Of a stretch of 64,000 nucleotides of DNA, positions 24,901 to 38,169 are shown piece after piece (within the stretch, counting starts at the first letter, position 1; the number at the start of each line of letters is the position of its first letter). The stretch covers positions 220,203 to 284,202 of the forward strand of contig NMRA01000069.1 of the NCBI GenBank assembly GCA_002633005.1, read 5' to 3'. Under the pieces are notes generated by a model. The model ran no database searches. It was not told the origin of the DNA and saw only the letters and a list, made by a program, of their open reading frames with translations. Source of the DNA: Phoronis australis. Taxonomy: Eukaryota; Animalia; Phoronida. A program made the position numbers and the translations under genes.

Positions 24901-27900
24901 AGAAATCTTACCACGCACAATTTATGCGTCCCTATTGTAAATAACGTATTGTTATCAGGAATTAATCGAGCTGTTCTGGAAAGCTTTGCGTCCAAACAAA
25001 ATTGTGTCGTCAGTAAAACACTGTGTAGATAATTCAATTTGTCTAGGAATCCCAAACCTTCGTTCTTATTTGTTTGAAGTGTGAAAAACGAACAATTCGA
25101 CTATTTAAGATTTGAACTCCAATCTCAGAACTCGAACTGTACTGAACAATATGTGTTCGTATAATTCCCATTTAAGGTGCTGAATCATTGCATTTTTCAC
25201 GTTTATTCATCGGACTTAAATTGCTTGGAACCCAGTTGAGCTGTACAAAACGTTCCGAGTTTTCACAAAGATTTGATTTTTTCATCAAACACGTCTGTTT
25301 TAATAGACAAAATAAACTTTGAAAAAAGTAGGATGGTGTTACACCTCGTGACCTGTATTTTCACAAAATGACCAAAAAGAGGCGTAAACTGAAATGTTGG
25401 TGTCGGACTTCTTCGATCGTTCGTAAAAATCATTCATTGTAGTAATAGGTGAACTTATCGAATTCAATGAAACCCTGGCATGAGGACGTTGTTTGTTTTC
25501 TCGCCCATCCTCTCCCGCTGAGCCGATTCCACATCTCGGTCTGCGATCCAGTAAACCGCGCTCTGTGGTATTCAAGTTGAGGTCAATGACATTTGATTGA
25601 CAGTATTTCGGATTTTTTTACAATTATTATAAGAGAATGCAAGGTTTTGGGCATTTTGGTACCCGGATAAAAGACTGTGTTTTTCCTCGATGTATAAAAT
25701 ACAAAAATCTGGTTTAATTTGAATTTTAGCAGTCTTATTCGCCAACCTCGTGTCCATCAACTTTCAATTATTATCTGCACGGTCAGCCATGTCAATTTGA
25801 TGTCAAATTTTGTCATTAAATTAACGTCGAACTGCATTATAGTTCTTAGGGACTCTACTGGAAATTCCTTACGTGTCAATCAAGCTATTAACTCCAGCAA
25901 GCAAGCCGAAGGAAAATGAAAGCACTACGACCGCCCGCCATATTGACCAATCAACATCCGCTGCTACACGAGAAGAACGGTGGTATTAAGTATGCTTTGT
26001 ACAGTGACAGTGCAGGTCAAAGATCTACAAAAATACAACCATTTGATAGACCAAACGATCAACTTATTACACGCCGGGAGTATCCGTCACAATAAACAAG
26101 CCTAAAGTGAAATAAATTTACTTTCCTCTACCCAATCTTTAGGACCGCATGCCCCCGCATATAAAATTTCATAGGCGTTCTACGACTGTTTAACTCAGAC
26201 TAGCAGCCACGATTAGTTTTGTCTTGAATATTACGCATTGCATTTAGATTCTAGCACAACGACAATGCAGAGCAACTTGTCAAAACTCATGCCAATGACC
26301 AAAACAACAATATTGACGATACGGCTAGCACACATGTATTGTGAATTTACTGATGTGTTTGGTTCGGAAATGCAGTCACGTGCAATCGTTTAAACCAATC
26401 CCTAAGAGAGGGTAGTACTGATTTAGCAGACAAAATTGCTCCTTATCCCGTGCCAATCGATTAAAAACATTTAGGAAATATTCGTGTGACCCATATGTCC
26501 TGACGTGAGTTAATTGAATCGTGCTCATCTTTTTCTAAAATGATCCTTGACTACCATCTCGTACACGTTTCCTTTTGTTTTCTTTACTTGTGTCTCATGT
26601 GGTTGAGGGTAACAATCAAACATATGGAATATATGTGGGGGACACGTGACCTCACCCACAAGACTCGTGTATTCCTTATTCCAAGCACATGACCATAAGT
26701 GGCCAACAAAACAACTTTACATTGTTTGATCGAGTGAAGACAGTTCTCCTCATCGTCAGTAGTGCTATATGGACACTTTCCAGCGTACCCTACACGGTTG
26801 TAGTGGGTACAAAACAGCTATTATTGCATCTAGCCATCCACAGTACCTAACGTGTGTAATCAGTCTGACATCTGGATAAAGCTCAGTTGATGGGAACGGA
26901 TTAACCAATGAATGGGTCCATTTAAAATCGTGATAATGCCACAGTGTGTAACAATTAGTTTTCCTCCGGGGCCCATTTTGATTGTGGGAAAGACTATCGC
27001 GCTACACCTCGGCAGGGGTCGCTGGCCACATTCACGCTTTGTGGATTGTGGGAATTTGGCCTAACTGCGTTTGTCGGAACTACCAGAAGAAGTTGCCAGA
27101 AATATGAACCTCAAATTAAGCAGTAAGGGAATTTGTCACGTGGTCTCGCATTACGCTGCAAGAAGACAACAATGGAATTGCCGAGTAGCCGAAATACTCC
27201 ATGCCGCTGAATGCTTTTGGTGGTTGTCCGAGATTTTCCATACCACACATCCTGTGTACTCAACTAAAATGTTCCCTTGCACTAAATTATTCCAGTTTGT
27301 GTCGACCAGTGCCACTGTGAGGCGGCGTCGTATTTAACAACATGTAAATTAAGTCATGTTGAAAATTAGTCTGATCTATTCGTTATGCAGGCTTCTTTCT
27401 TTATCAGTGCCATAAGGAACAACTTTCAAAAAGAGCCAAAGAACTCAGTAGGTATTGAAGAAGAAACATTGATAATTTGTCATTACCTTGGGCGTAACAC
27501 GCGTACAGTAGTCACTTCCCGCCAAAAATCATTCCAGCGTGCTTTCTTCACTGCACAGGAACCCAAGTGTCACAAATTTCCTGATATTCCATGCAAGAAC
27601 TGGGTAGACACCGAGGCAGATTCAAACCAAAACTAAAGTTGACGCGAGAGGTCGCTACAGTAGAACAGCCCGAAATTGATGTAGACGCTAACAATTCTTG
27701 CCAAAGGTCATGGCGATTCTGTGGTTTGCGGAGAGGGAGGTCCACGCCAAAGGCACACACAAAACTTATTAGAATGGCTCAAAAAGACCGTCTTTTCTTT
27801 CATAGTGACTGGTATGCCAGATTTCATGAAGATCTGTCTAGGAATTTGGCAGAAATCCAGGCATGCGGAAAGAGAACCTTAATTGCCTGTAGGTTACACC

Positions 27901-28644
27901 ACAATAGTTGGACATGTTCTGGAACTAACGCCACCCGTCTTCCCCTGAACAGGGAAATAAGCTTTGTGATGGCCCACCAAGGAACTTGTTGAAAGTGTTG
28001 TCGTTATCTCTATAAAACTTATTTGCCAAATTTCGTATTCTTTCACGGAACTTGGTAGATACAGAGGTAAACTAAAAAAAACTAACATTGCCACTAGGGG
28101 CACAGCAATAATCGGATTTATCCAAAAGTCATCGTCTTCCGTCGTCAGTTCCGTGGCAACATATATACCGACTTTCATGAAGATCCTGTTTAGGAGGTAG
28201 TGCAGCGTACTCCAGGAAATACGGACCCCGGCATAAATGGCGCATGAAAAGTGAGAATAGGCGATATACTCTTAAACAAGAAGGCATTATTGCCAAAATA
28301 CAAGACATGAATATCTTTTGACGTAGAAGAAACACAATAGGAATCCAGTGGAGATGTTTAGCTATTTTGTGAAATTAGCGCGGTTTGAATGAGGTTAATC
28401 GATACAAAAACTGTGTTTAAATTCATCACCCTTGTAACACACTAATGAGATAATTCTTTTAACCATGGATAAAAAATAGACATGGCAAAATAAGTTCCGC
28501 TTAATGAAATACATAAGCGTGTACTTAAGATGTTGAAATATTAATTTGGACATTTTGCGCCTGGTTGTTGAACGCACAGCATATCCGGTATGAGTTAAGA
28601 CGCGCTGCATGGCTTGGTAACCCAGTGATCCATGGCTGCTTAGA

Positions 28645-29008
28645 TATGAAGCGCCAACGGGTAGTGCCTTTCTGCTCGTTGAAATGTGCTTAATCAAAAC
28701 GTAGCTTTGTTAGATCATCGCGTACTTTTAGCTCTTACAGATCATCGTTCTACTCAACGCACATTTTGCTAAATCAACGCGTAGTTTTACTTAATGAAAG
28801 CGTCTTTTCAGTCAGCTCTAATCCGCCCGTGCTTTCAAATTTCAAAATGGTGGAAGACTTACTTTTGAAGAATGTTGCAGATTCTTTAGGCAAACTACGC
28901 GTTGAATAAGAACAGAACGATGATCATTTAAAAAATAAAATTACGCGTTGATTAAGCACATTTCAACGCGCAGAAGGTACTCGTTTAAGAACCACTTGGC
29001 GCTTCATA
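28645..29008. mobile_element. MITE with long TIRs and subterminal ACGCGT-containing tandem units (copy 1)
   Basis: TATGAAGCGCCAA ... TTGGCGCTTCATA; inner GAAATGTGCTTAATCAA / TTGATTAAGCACATTTC. Confidence 0.75.
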
Positions 29009-29110
29009 CCTAGAAACTGAGTATTCGGTTATATTTTGACAAGGGTGCCACTTGGAAATTTGAAAACGGAACACCATTTTAGAGAGTCTGTAACAAAAAC
29101 CCCAACCCTC

Positions 29111-29268
29111 CAGGGCTCCGTTTCGTGAAATTATTTTAGTCTTAACATAGACCGACATAACAGTGCTGTCATTTCATCACATGCCATGTTGCGCTTGTTG
29201 AACAATGCTGTTGACGTCATGCCAACAATCAAACTTTGAGACCTGAACGTTCACGAAACGGATCCCTG
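29111..29268. mobile_element. ~160-bp MITE
   Basis: TIR CAGGGCTCCGTTTCGTGAA / TTCACGAAACGGATCCCTG. Confidence 0.55.
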
Positions 29269-29812
29269 AGAGAGATAACACGATTGCAAAGGATCCAATG
29301 GTAGATAATGTCTGTGAAAAAAGTCATTCGTTTAGAAAAAAAATCCATGACGAACTCCTTTTGTATCTTATAAAATATTGATGTTGAATTAAAATTAAAT
29401 TCAACCCTTTAGACAATGATCATTTTAACACAACGATTGAAACGACACATGAAACAGTTTTTTAAATCCATGCCGTGGATGATCAATTTTGAGTAACCGA
29501 TTTCCAAGTGAAGTTTGGTAGTCACGTGCCCTATCCAAGATCATCGCCGTTGTTGTGGCCGTAAGCCTTTGAATAAGACATTCTTACGCCTCAAGAACTT
29601 GTGCATCAATCTAAATTCGAGGCAGCTGTCTAGGCACGAGAAGTCTTGAAATTTAGGTATTCTTGTTATATATTTTATTTCATTAAACTCAATAAATAAC
29701 ATATCAGAAATCGAATTAACATTATACCTTGGCAACAGACAAACTTTGAACAAATGAATTATTATAGGCAAAGTGCAAAACAATGATGATATTTATTTAG
29801 GTGAATATATAT

Positions 29813-29844
29813 ACGCACACGCACGCACACACACGCGCACGTAC

Positions 29845-29904
<60 letters not shown>

Positions 29905-29908
29905 ACAC
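29813..29908. repeat. (CA)n microsatellite with CG interruptions
   Basis: Direct reading; it explains the HT/CV-repeat ORFs 29797-30069 and 29801-30019. Confidence 0.95.
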
Positions 29909-32900
29909 TTAGCTCGGCAAAAACATGTAAATGCACAGAAAGTTTGTCGTAAGTTACGTAAGCACATATATGTTGGCAAGAAAAAATCTGGTGTTATCCA
30001 TAACGGAAAGAAACGATGAAGAGCACGTGCAATGTACATTGATATTGAGATAAACTGCTGCGGAGACACGAAGCGACTTCATTCAGGTATTAAATAATTA
30101 ATTGATATCATTCGGAAAATCATGAGAACCGAACATTAAAAACTTAAATTTATAAATCTGCCGTGGATTACTGTAACAACGATAGCAGACTGTGCCCGTC
30201 GGAAAGTGCTTCGTCCGATACCGTGCCAAAATACTTACTGTAGTTGAAATTACGGTACATACTATCTAGTCGCTTTGAGTAAAAAGTAAACTCCCGAATT
30301 CTGTCAAAACGAAATTTTGATTAACGCCATTTACTAATAGAAAATCTATTTTACCTTTTTCCTTACAGAGATTATTATTGATTTCTCGGCTTGAGAAGTT
30401 CACTGTGGTTACTAGTACTTCAGACAATGCTGGTCGTCACCATGGGTTTCTAGTTAACAGTAAACAAGACAGTATATGGCCGTTAGGGGTATTACAGGTG
30501 ATTCCGCAGTAACTCAGTTCAAACCAAGCATAAGAACGCGATGACTTTGCTTTACTTGAGTTGAGCAAATGTGCCGGTTTAACAACAGAGGATGCAATGG
30601 ACATCACGTGGCTATTCTAATTACTTGGCGCCACAAAAATAGTTTGTTTTTTTTTTGAAAGTGTATTACGTTTCCTTTAGGCGGTAGTCTTGATCTCCCC
30701 CAAAATGCCATTGTTTAGTTACAAGGCACCTGTTTTCAAAGTGTCCACCAATTAGCAATGTTCATTTTCGAACAACGCTAATTCTTCTCGATTCAATTCA
30801 GACACGGTGGATGTGATTTCCTGGTGCTCACAGCACTAGCTCCAGACGAATATGAAATTATAGACGTTTGGGGAATAACGTCATTAATTCTACAAGCGAA
30901 ACACCTGTAATAAACATAGTTTCGTGACAGAATCTCGATACATTGATACAGGAACGCGCTGTTTAATGGAAACTTAATACTAATAATTATGTCTTCGCAA
31001 ATGACATCCTTGATTGCACGATTCTTTAAGAATAGACATTAAGGCGATAATTCTTTTAGTCATGCGTGGTTGGTTCTATAGAAGAAGTCAGCCTAGCCCC
31101 AGCCGTTCGAATCTAGTTTCTGAAAACGCTTTAGTAAACGTTTAACCAACACGCATAAACGTTTGGCTTGGTGGGCACATATCTGCACTTAGTGATCCGC
31201 AGAATAAAGGAAAATGTTTGCACGTGTTGAATAAACTCTGCCGCATCTTTGACTGTAGTTGAGTGTATCATTTTCCTGGAATCTTTCATTCCTCGTCTGT
31301 TTTGTTTTAACAGCGGCTGTGTGCGTTGGCAGCAAGTTTGCAAAAAAAGTGTGTAAAGAATTAAAGGCTTTTGCACTATTAGACTGAAAATTTCTTCTCG
31401 TCACCACAACCATATCGTCTGCTGTCCTTAACCACTCCGAATTCCATCAAAATTGTCTTGGGAATGTAGGGAGGCGGTAGGACGGCAGGGAGGGAGGGGA
31501 GGGTTTTTTGGTAAAAATTTATTCTACATGGAAGATGGGAGCAGTCTCATCCGCAATCTATTTGTAAAGAAGAGAATGTTAAATCCCGAGTATCTAACAC
31601 CCACCCTCTCATGTCGGTCAAATAAGTAAATTAGCGCCTTCTCATTGCACAGAAGATGTCCTTGGACTTTTACCATAGTTGCTTTCACCTAGTTGTCTCC
31701 CGCCAAAATATAGTGATATCCCGCAGTAAGATAAGATGGCGTGTCACTAAACCACGTCCATACAACAAACATGTTACTGTAGAGTGAGTCCAGTCTACCT
31801 AACGTGAAGGTGTAAGGCAGTGTATCATATTTTGTTTAATACACTTATCAATCTAAAATTGTAAGGATTAGAATAGAGTTCTGATAGGTGTTTAATGGTG
31901 GCATACGTTTCCGCTCGACTTCCGCTAATGACTGGGTCGACTCATCATGAATGAAAATTCATTATTAAGACGGCTCTCTTATCTTCACCTTTTACATCAC
32001 CCTTTCCAATTACAACGCTTTTCTTGCTTCTAGCAGCCGATAAACCTCGCGTTATACTAATTTCCGCTTCTCACAAATCAAAATTTACTACGTCATAATT
32101 GATAACAAATCCAGCTCTCACCACGGCGTATACAAATGTTTCTTTTCATAAACACGAAAAGTGTCTAATTAACGCCTAATTAGAGTCTTCATTATTAGAT
32201 TCTACCGGTGAAAAACTGAAATGCCCGCTTAAATAAACATCCTTTTGCAGATTCCAAGTCATTAGATGTTGTTTTTCGACGAGTGATAAATTGTCATTCT
32301 GTACAAACTCGATATGCTAAACGATTTTAGCATACCTTAGCCCTGGACAGTCTATATACCGCACATATTCCACGTGCAGTTAGACCTACGCCTACTGCCT
32401 GCCAATTCCAACTTGCGGTGTGAATGCCGTCTGAAAGGTACTTGTTCGAGTTTAGGTCATAGTTCATTGTAAGTCTGTGGTCGTAAAGAAAATGCCGAGT
32501 CATCAGTCTGCCCACTAGGGTAATTTTCATGCACCAATTAAACTTCATTGCTTTATAAAAAAACTGCTTCCGATATGTTCTAAGTTTCAATTGACCGCTG
32601 TTAGCAGTCAATGTTGAGTTTAAAAACCAAGGTGGCCCGATCTTGAATTTTTGCCGAATGAACCGACAACCCAAGTCACAGGCAATGCGTACATTGGTCG
32701 GTAAACCAACCATGGTTCAGAGCTGAGTATTGGCTAAGCGTACACGTACACGCGCCATTTTCGAATCCGCAATTTTAGGGTTAGCCAACAATACACTCTC
32801 AAGCGTTTTCTTTGATCGCTGATGGTTTCGATGTTCTTGTTGGTGACGGAAATGGAATCCTGTCACTTTAAGGACTGTTGGGAAACCTTTTCGTGAGAGT

Positions 32901-34316
32901 AAAATGTCTAATTCGGTTAACGTTTTAGTTACCTAATCAGGGCGATTGCAACTTTAAGTGTACTCGAAATGTAATGCATTGAGAATCGCGATGAAAAAAC
33001 ATTAGCCTGAAGTGAGGAAACTATCTTGCATTCTACAAACTTGTATGGCGATGTTTCTTTTCGGAATTTCAAATCAATTGTTATTGTAAGTGGCGGCAAT
33101 ACATGTGTGTTGAGTCTTAGCATAGCTGGGTAGACTTCAGTAGCTGTCTCGCGGCTAGAAAAATCTAGCCAAAAATCACGTGTTCTCATTTAAAATACAC
33201 GGCAATATCTCATGTAATCTCGCGAAGTCTTGCTTTTTAGCGAGGTCCTAGCGTTACTGAACTCTGCCTAGAAGGGAAACGCGAAACTGATGACAACCGG
33301 AGGGTATGGGTAGCAATCCGGGGTACCAAATCTACTAGTAAAATGAGTTTTGAACGAGGTAGGTTATTGCAACGACCAAGACAGCTACTTCAGTGGTGTC
33401 AAGTATGAAATAAATTAGATTCAGTGCAGCGGTATTTGATTAGCAGCATTTTTAGAAGGCATGTTTTACCTTTTTTGTCATTTTTGTAATTATGCATCGA
33501 CCAACTACTAGACAGTCATGTACATAATCATAGACGACTTACTAAAGATTCTGAGAGTGATGAACTCAAAATATACGCGGGATCCCAACCTAGTCATTTC
33601 CACTTGCAGAGCATGGCATCTATTATTAAGTTTGCGCATCATTTAAAGTGCTTAAAACCAACAATTTCATGTCAAAAACACCAAAAACATCAATTGATCA
33701 TCTGGCAAATTAGAGCACTCGAAAACACTACCTGACGACATGATAATTAGTTGGTCTCGAGTTACGAGTATTTATTCGTCGATACAAACTGCGTAGAATC
33801 GCGATAACCAAACAAAGTGCCAGGCACCCTCCGCTGTGTTTAGTGTGAAAAGTTGTCGGCTGTTTCTGCTTCTTTTCCCTGAGGTTAATGACGTAATAAA
33901 AATGGTAAGGAATTGCGTTTGTTTCTGGTGCGACAACTCGGTACTTGTGCACGCTGTGGCTCTTTTCATTTTCCCACGGACCACCAGAAAAGCACGCATA
34001 TCTACTTTTCGTACAAAAAAAACTCGCGTTTTAGTGGCATAACACACTGAGTCGATGCGTCACATTAGTGTCTGTGGAGGTAAGAAAATGGTCAATTGAC
34101 GCCGCTCGTCTTTTATTTTCTCGTTTTTGAGGATATTAAATTCACGATTCTGATACGCAATGGATGCTGAAAATATAGTCACTTGTCGAAACAAGGTAAA
34201 TAGTGCTTTCAAACATATTAAAACTCAGTGGCTGCATTGGTGTGAGTGGTCGATAAATCAGACATTAGATTCTCAACGCTGCAATACCTTATCTGGTAAA
34301 TTTTGGTATAGTTTCA

Positions 34317-34897
34317 ATGAAGCGCCAATTAAAGGGTTCTTAAACGAGTTACTTTCTGCTCGCAGAAATGTGGTTAATCAACGCGTACATTTGCTTAATC
34401 TACGTGTACTTTTGCGTAATCTACGCGTGCGTTTGCTTAATCTATGCGTACTTTAAACGAACATCGTTCTACTCTTGATCAACGCGTATTGTAGACAATG
34501 CGACCGTCTCGACTGGCCCCAGTAGTGACAGTGAAACTCCTATAGGAACTTCATACGCCCGAAGGTTTTGGGGAATTATGCCTCGCACTAATTAAAGCAT
34601 CTAAGTCTCGCTGGTATAAGTACATTATTTGCGCATAGAGAAAAAAAGGCCCTTAGGAGGCAGTCGGTGTTTTTAATTCCTTCCAACTCGAACAAAGTCC
34701 CTAACTTCTGTGTTCAGTTGCCAAATTGGCAACTGACCATGTTTAACTCTGCGCGCGCAGTGAATGGCTATACGAACTGACTAAACGTACACGTTGATTA
34801 CGTAAAACTACGCGTATATTAAACAAAAGTACGCGTACATTAAGCACATTTCTACGCGCAGAAAGATACTCGTTTAATAACCCTTTGCCGTTTCATA
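34317..34897. mobile_element. MITE of the same family as 28645-29008 (copy 2)
   Basis: ATGAAGCGCCAA..AAAGGGTTCTTAAACGAGT.ACTTTCTGC.CG.AGAAATGTG ... CACATTTCTACGCGCAGAAAGATACTCGTTTAATAACCCTTTGCCGTTTCATA; ~21-nt units TTGCTTAATCTACGCGTACTT in tandem at 34371-34454 and inverted at 34787-34850. Confidence 0.75.
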
Positions 34898-37800
34898 AGT
34901 TTCTGCTGCCTGCGTCTACTTAACGCTTTACTGGGGCATTTTTGTGAACGGAAATACAATTCTTTCCCATTAGATTGTGTTAAGTTCCTCCAAGAAAACT
35001 CAACCGAACTTTAACGTTATTTTTTGATACAAGAAATTAGATGGAAGTGATTGATTATTTTAATAGAAATCTCCATCACTGGATGTGTTCCTGACGTAAC
35101 GCTGACGCATGTTCCGTAAAAGTCGGTCAATATGGCATACAAGAATAGCCATCGTTGGCTGTTAGTGTGGGACTTTAGAAAAATGACCAAGTCGAATATA
35201 TGCGGAATAACATATCTCAGAAATGGCTGATCATATTAAACTACAGATACAATGTACTTGTGTTCTTCAAAACTCTTGTCTTTTGTATGAAGAACTGTCA
35301 AATATTGGATTTTTTAAAACTTTCATAAAAAAGTAAAAAGGTGCATAAAACATAAACGAAACGATAATTCAGAATACTGCAACAACGATTTTGAAATTAC
35401 CTTGAGCATTTACACGCACATTAAATAATGAGTAATGTTTTTGATACTATTTTCTGTGCCATAAATATAGCCTTCTTGTTTGCTGAATTCTACTTAAGAG
35501 ACAAGGCCACGTGACCCAATTGATGCCATATCGGCCACAAAGTCAGAACTCAAGTTATACAAGCTTTCTGCTTGAAGAACATTTACATTTACTGAGTTTA
35601 ATTGTACAGTTTTGTCGATATTAGGCTAAATCCACAAACTTTACACGTAATATCCATTCTTATCTACGCATGCGCTCAGCTGTGCCAAGGCGTATTGTCA
35701 AGCTTCAGCTCGAAAATTCAAGAACACTGTAGAATAGTTCCAGTTTCAACTCATAGTGAAGCCAGTGCCTGGATAAAGCATGTAACTGTAACTTTCACCA
35801 GCGACTGAAGAAAAGGCCTAAGAGATGCAGTGGCACTTTTAGCTGCAATTGATTATATGCAAAACTCGAAATATTTGCTGACGCACATCACATGGAAAGG
35901 ATTTTTGGCTTACTAATGAGAAATGATGCTGTATTGTGTAGCTCTCGTATAGGTTGCAGTTGTTGAAGAACATAGACAAACGTTTCGGTACCCGTTTGCA
36001 ACCATCTTCAGTCGCTCTTTCTTTTCTCTTAATGTATTTCATATTTTCAATTATAACAATTACAGTGTGTATCTATATGGTTAACATGTACCTTGCCAGC
36101 ATTACCAACGCGTCATGTGACGTCGCGTATGTAAAATATTACCCTTTTTACGAACTTTTCGCTCTCGTGGACGTGATTTTAATCACTGTGACGCTTATTT
36201 AACTTCCCAAAAACATCGGTGGCATTGCTTTTTATATAAAGTAGTCTATTTAATCGACAACATCTCTACACAACTGTTGTAATTCCTCACTCCAAAGAAT
36301 TGACGTTATATCACAGAGTACATAGTTAATGAAGTCGCTACAGGAACGTTATTCTTAGCACGTGTTTACATTACATACATGTAGATGCTTAAGAACTGAT
36401 TGCGTCGATAACGGACATCACAAGGCGAGAATTAATTGGCTAATAACTTTCACACCTTAACTATACCAGGATGAAACTATACAGATTCATCGTATCATCG
36501 ACCCTCGATCAACTTGTTGGCTGATCGAAATTTTATGTATAGTGGCTAACCTCTGCTCTCTCACAGGGCCCACTTAGACGGACATAATTGTCGTGTCTGC
36601 GGTCGAAGAACGCATTTTCGGGATTGTTGTTGGATAGGACAGACTTTTTTAGGTTATTAACTTCGATCAAAGCTTTAAAACAATAAAATATGTTGTTTCT
36701 GCGATTGTATTACAAATAGCTTATTCATTCTCGCCGTCATCTGCCAGACATTCCCAAGTTCAAGGCCAATGGCTTTACCGTAAATACGCTTAACACTCTA
36801 CCGTTTATCGAGTGGGGTCTAGCTGTGCAAGCAGAGCACTTCACTGCCATTTATAGAGTGGGGTTTTACTCAGTCAGTAGACCGCTTGACTGAGCGGGAA
36901 AGTTTTAAGTTCGAATCCGCACCCTGGGCTGATCTCAGAAGACCAATTTTGTCGTTGATAATTTTACTTTAAAACAACCCACAAAAATGAAAATAACAAT
37001 AAATAAAAGATATAAAAGAAATGAAAAGTTCAAAAAATATAAATGCATATGCCAATAATTGAGAAATAAACAAAAGCAATTGACGTTATAGAAGACGGAA
37101 TGGATTACATAAGAAATTAATTGAGCATGAAAGAAGTAATAATACAATTATTTTAAAAACTTTGATTTCATTTGATTTGAGTATGTGATAACACACGTGC
37201 ACAAACGAAATAAATAATGAGTGCACAATTAATATAAAATGAATATAAGCATGTATGTCACCAGGTTAGCTCCAAAAAAGTTAAAATTTTCTCCTCTATG
37301 ACAGTTCATGCAAAGTAGATATATAATACAAGGAATAAATAACACAGTATATATTATAGTGGACAAAATGTGAAAAAATCACTCACAGGTGAGAAAGAAA
37401 TAAAGAGGACGAGTATACGAAAGGATATGAAAAAGAAACACAGATTATTACATGGCAAAGTCGTTATCCCCCGCTATCTAGAGCCTGAGTGGATTTTTGG
37501 AGAATTATCGCCCGAGGGGATATTCAAAATTATTAGAAAACTGAGAGACAGACATCGGTAAATGTCAATTATCTATCATAATACACTTCTCCCTTCTTAA
37601 AAGATGGAAAACTGTGTCATACATTTCAAAAAGCAGTTACATTTTGTGTAATTAGGGCCGCTCGTAGGTAATTAAAAAGCTTGCTGGCGGGGTGGACAAA
37701 GTTTTACTTCCAAGCTCTGTCTCGGTGCATATGATTGTACAAATCTCCAGAACTATCTCAGGTCGTCTTGCGATGAATGTCGCTCACCCACGTGACTTTT

Positions 37801-38169
37801 CTGTGAGACTAGTTGGGGCTTGACAGTCGATACCTGACATAAGTACAATGCATTTTATGCGGGCCTTACACAGTTTTTCATGCATCGCTCTGGCACTAGC
37901 ATCCCTGAAGGCACCTAGGATGCACGCGACTGCTTAATTCTGTTGTCTTTGTATTGGGTAAAAGAAAAATGTCAAAGTTTGGCTAACTTTGGAACATCGT
38001 ATCTCAGAAATGGCTGATTGGATTCAAATGAAACTTAGTTATACAATGCTTTATGAACTGGTTCACGATACGCCGTTAGAAATTGTTTTCAAAATGTTAC
38101 AGTTTTGCATGAAAGACTATAAAAAATAAGACTTTTATGATTTCCATGAAAAAATGAATGACGAAACCG

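Noticed and set aside
27894-28178. Hydrophobic ORF MKVGIYVATELTTEDDDFWINPIIAVPLVAMLVFF as signal or TM exon
   Set aside because: Acidic N-region, no phase-1 donor after the hydrophobic stretch, no recognisable family; possibly decayed repeat coding sequence.
29797-30069. His/Thr- and Cys/Val-repeat ORFs (also 50843-51116)
   Set aside because: Translations of (CA)n microsatellites.
33728-33952. Alternative first exon ATG TCG TCA G|GTAGTG
   Set aside because: Phase fits, but it encodes no signal peptide and the donor is weak; the 54784-54724 exon is a much better candidate.
34371-34454. CRISPR-like array
   Set aside because: Abutting ~21-nt tandem units without unique spacers, inside MITE arms, in eukaryotic DNA.
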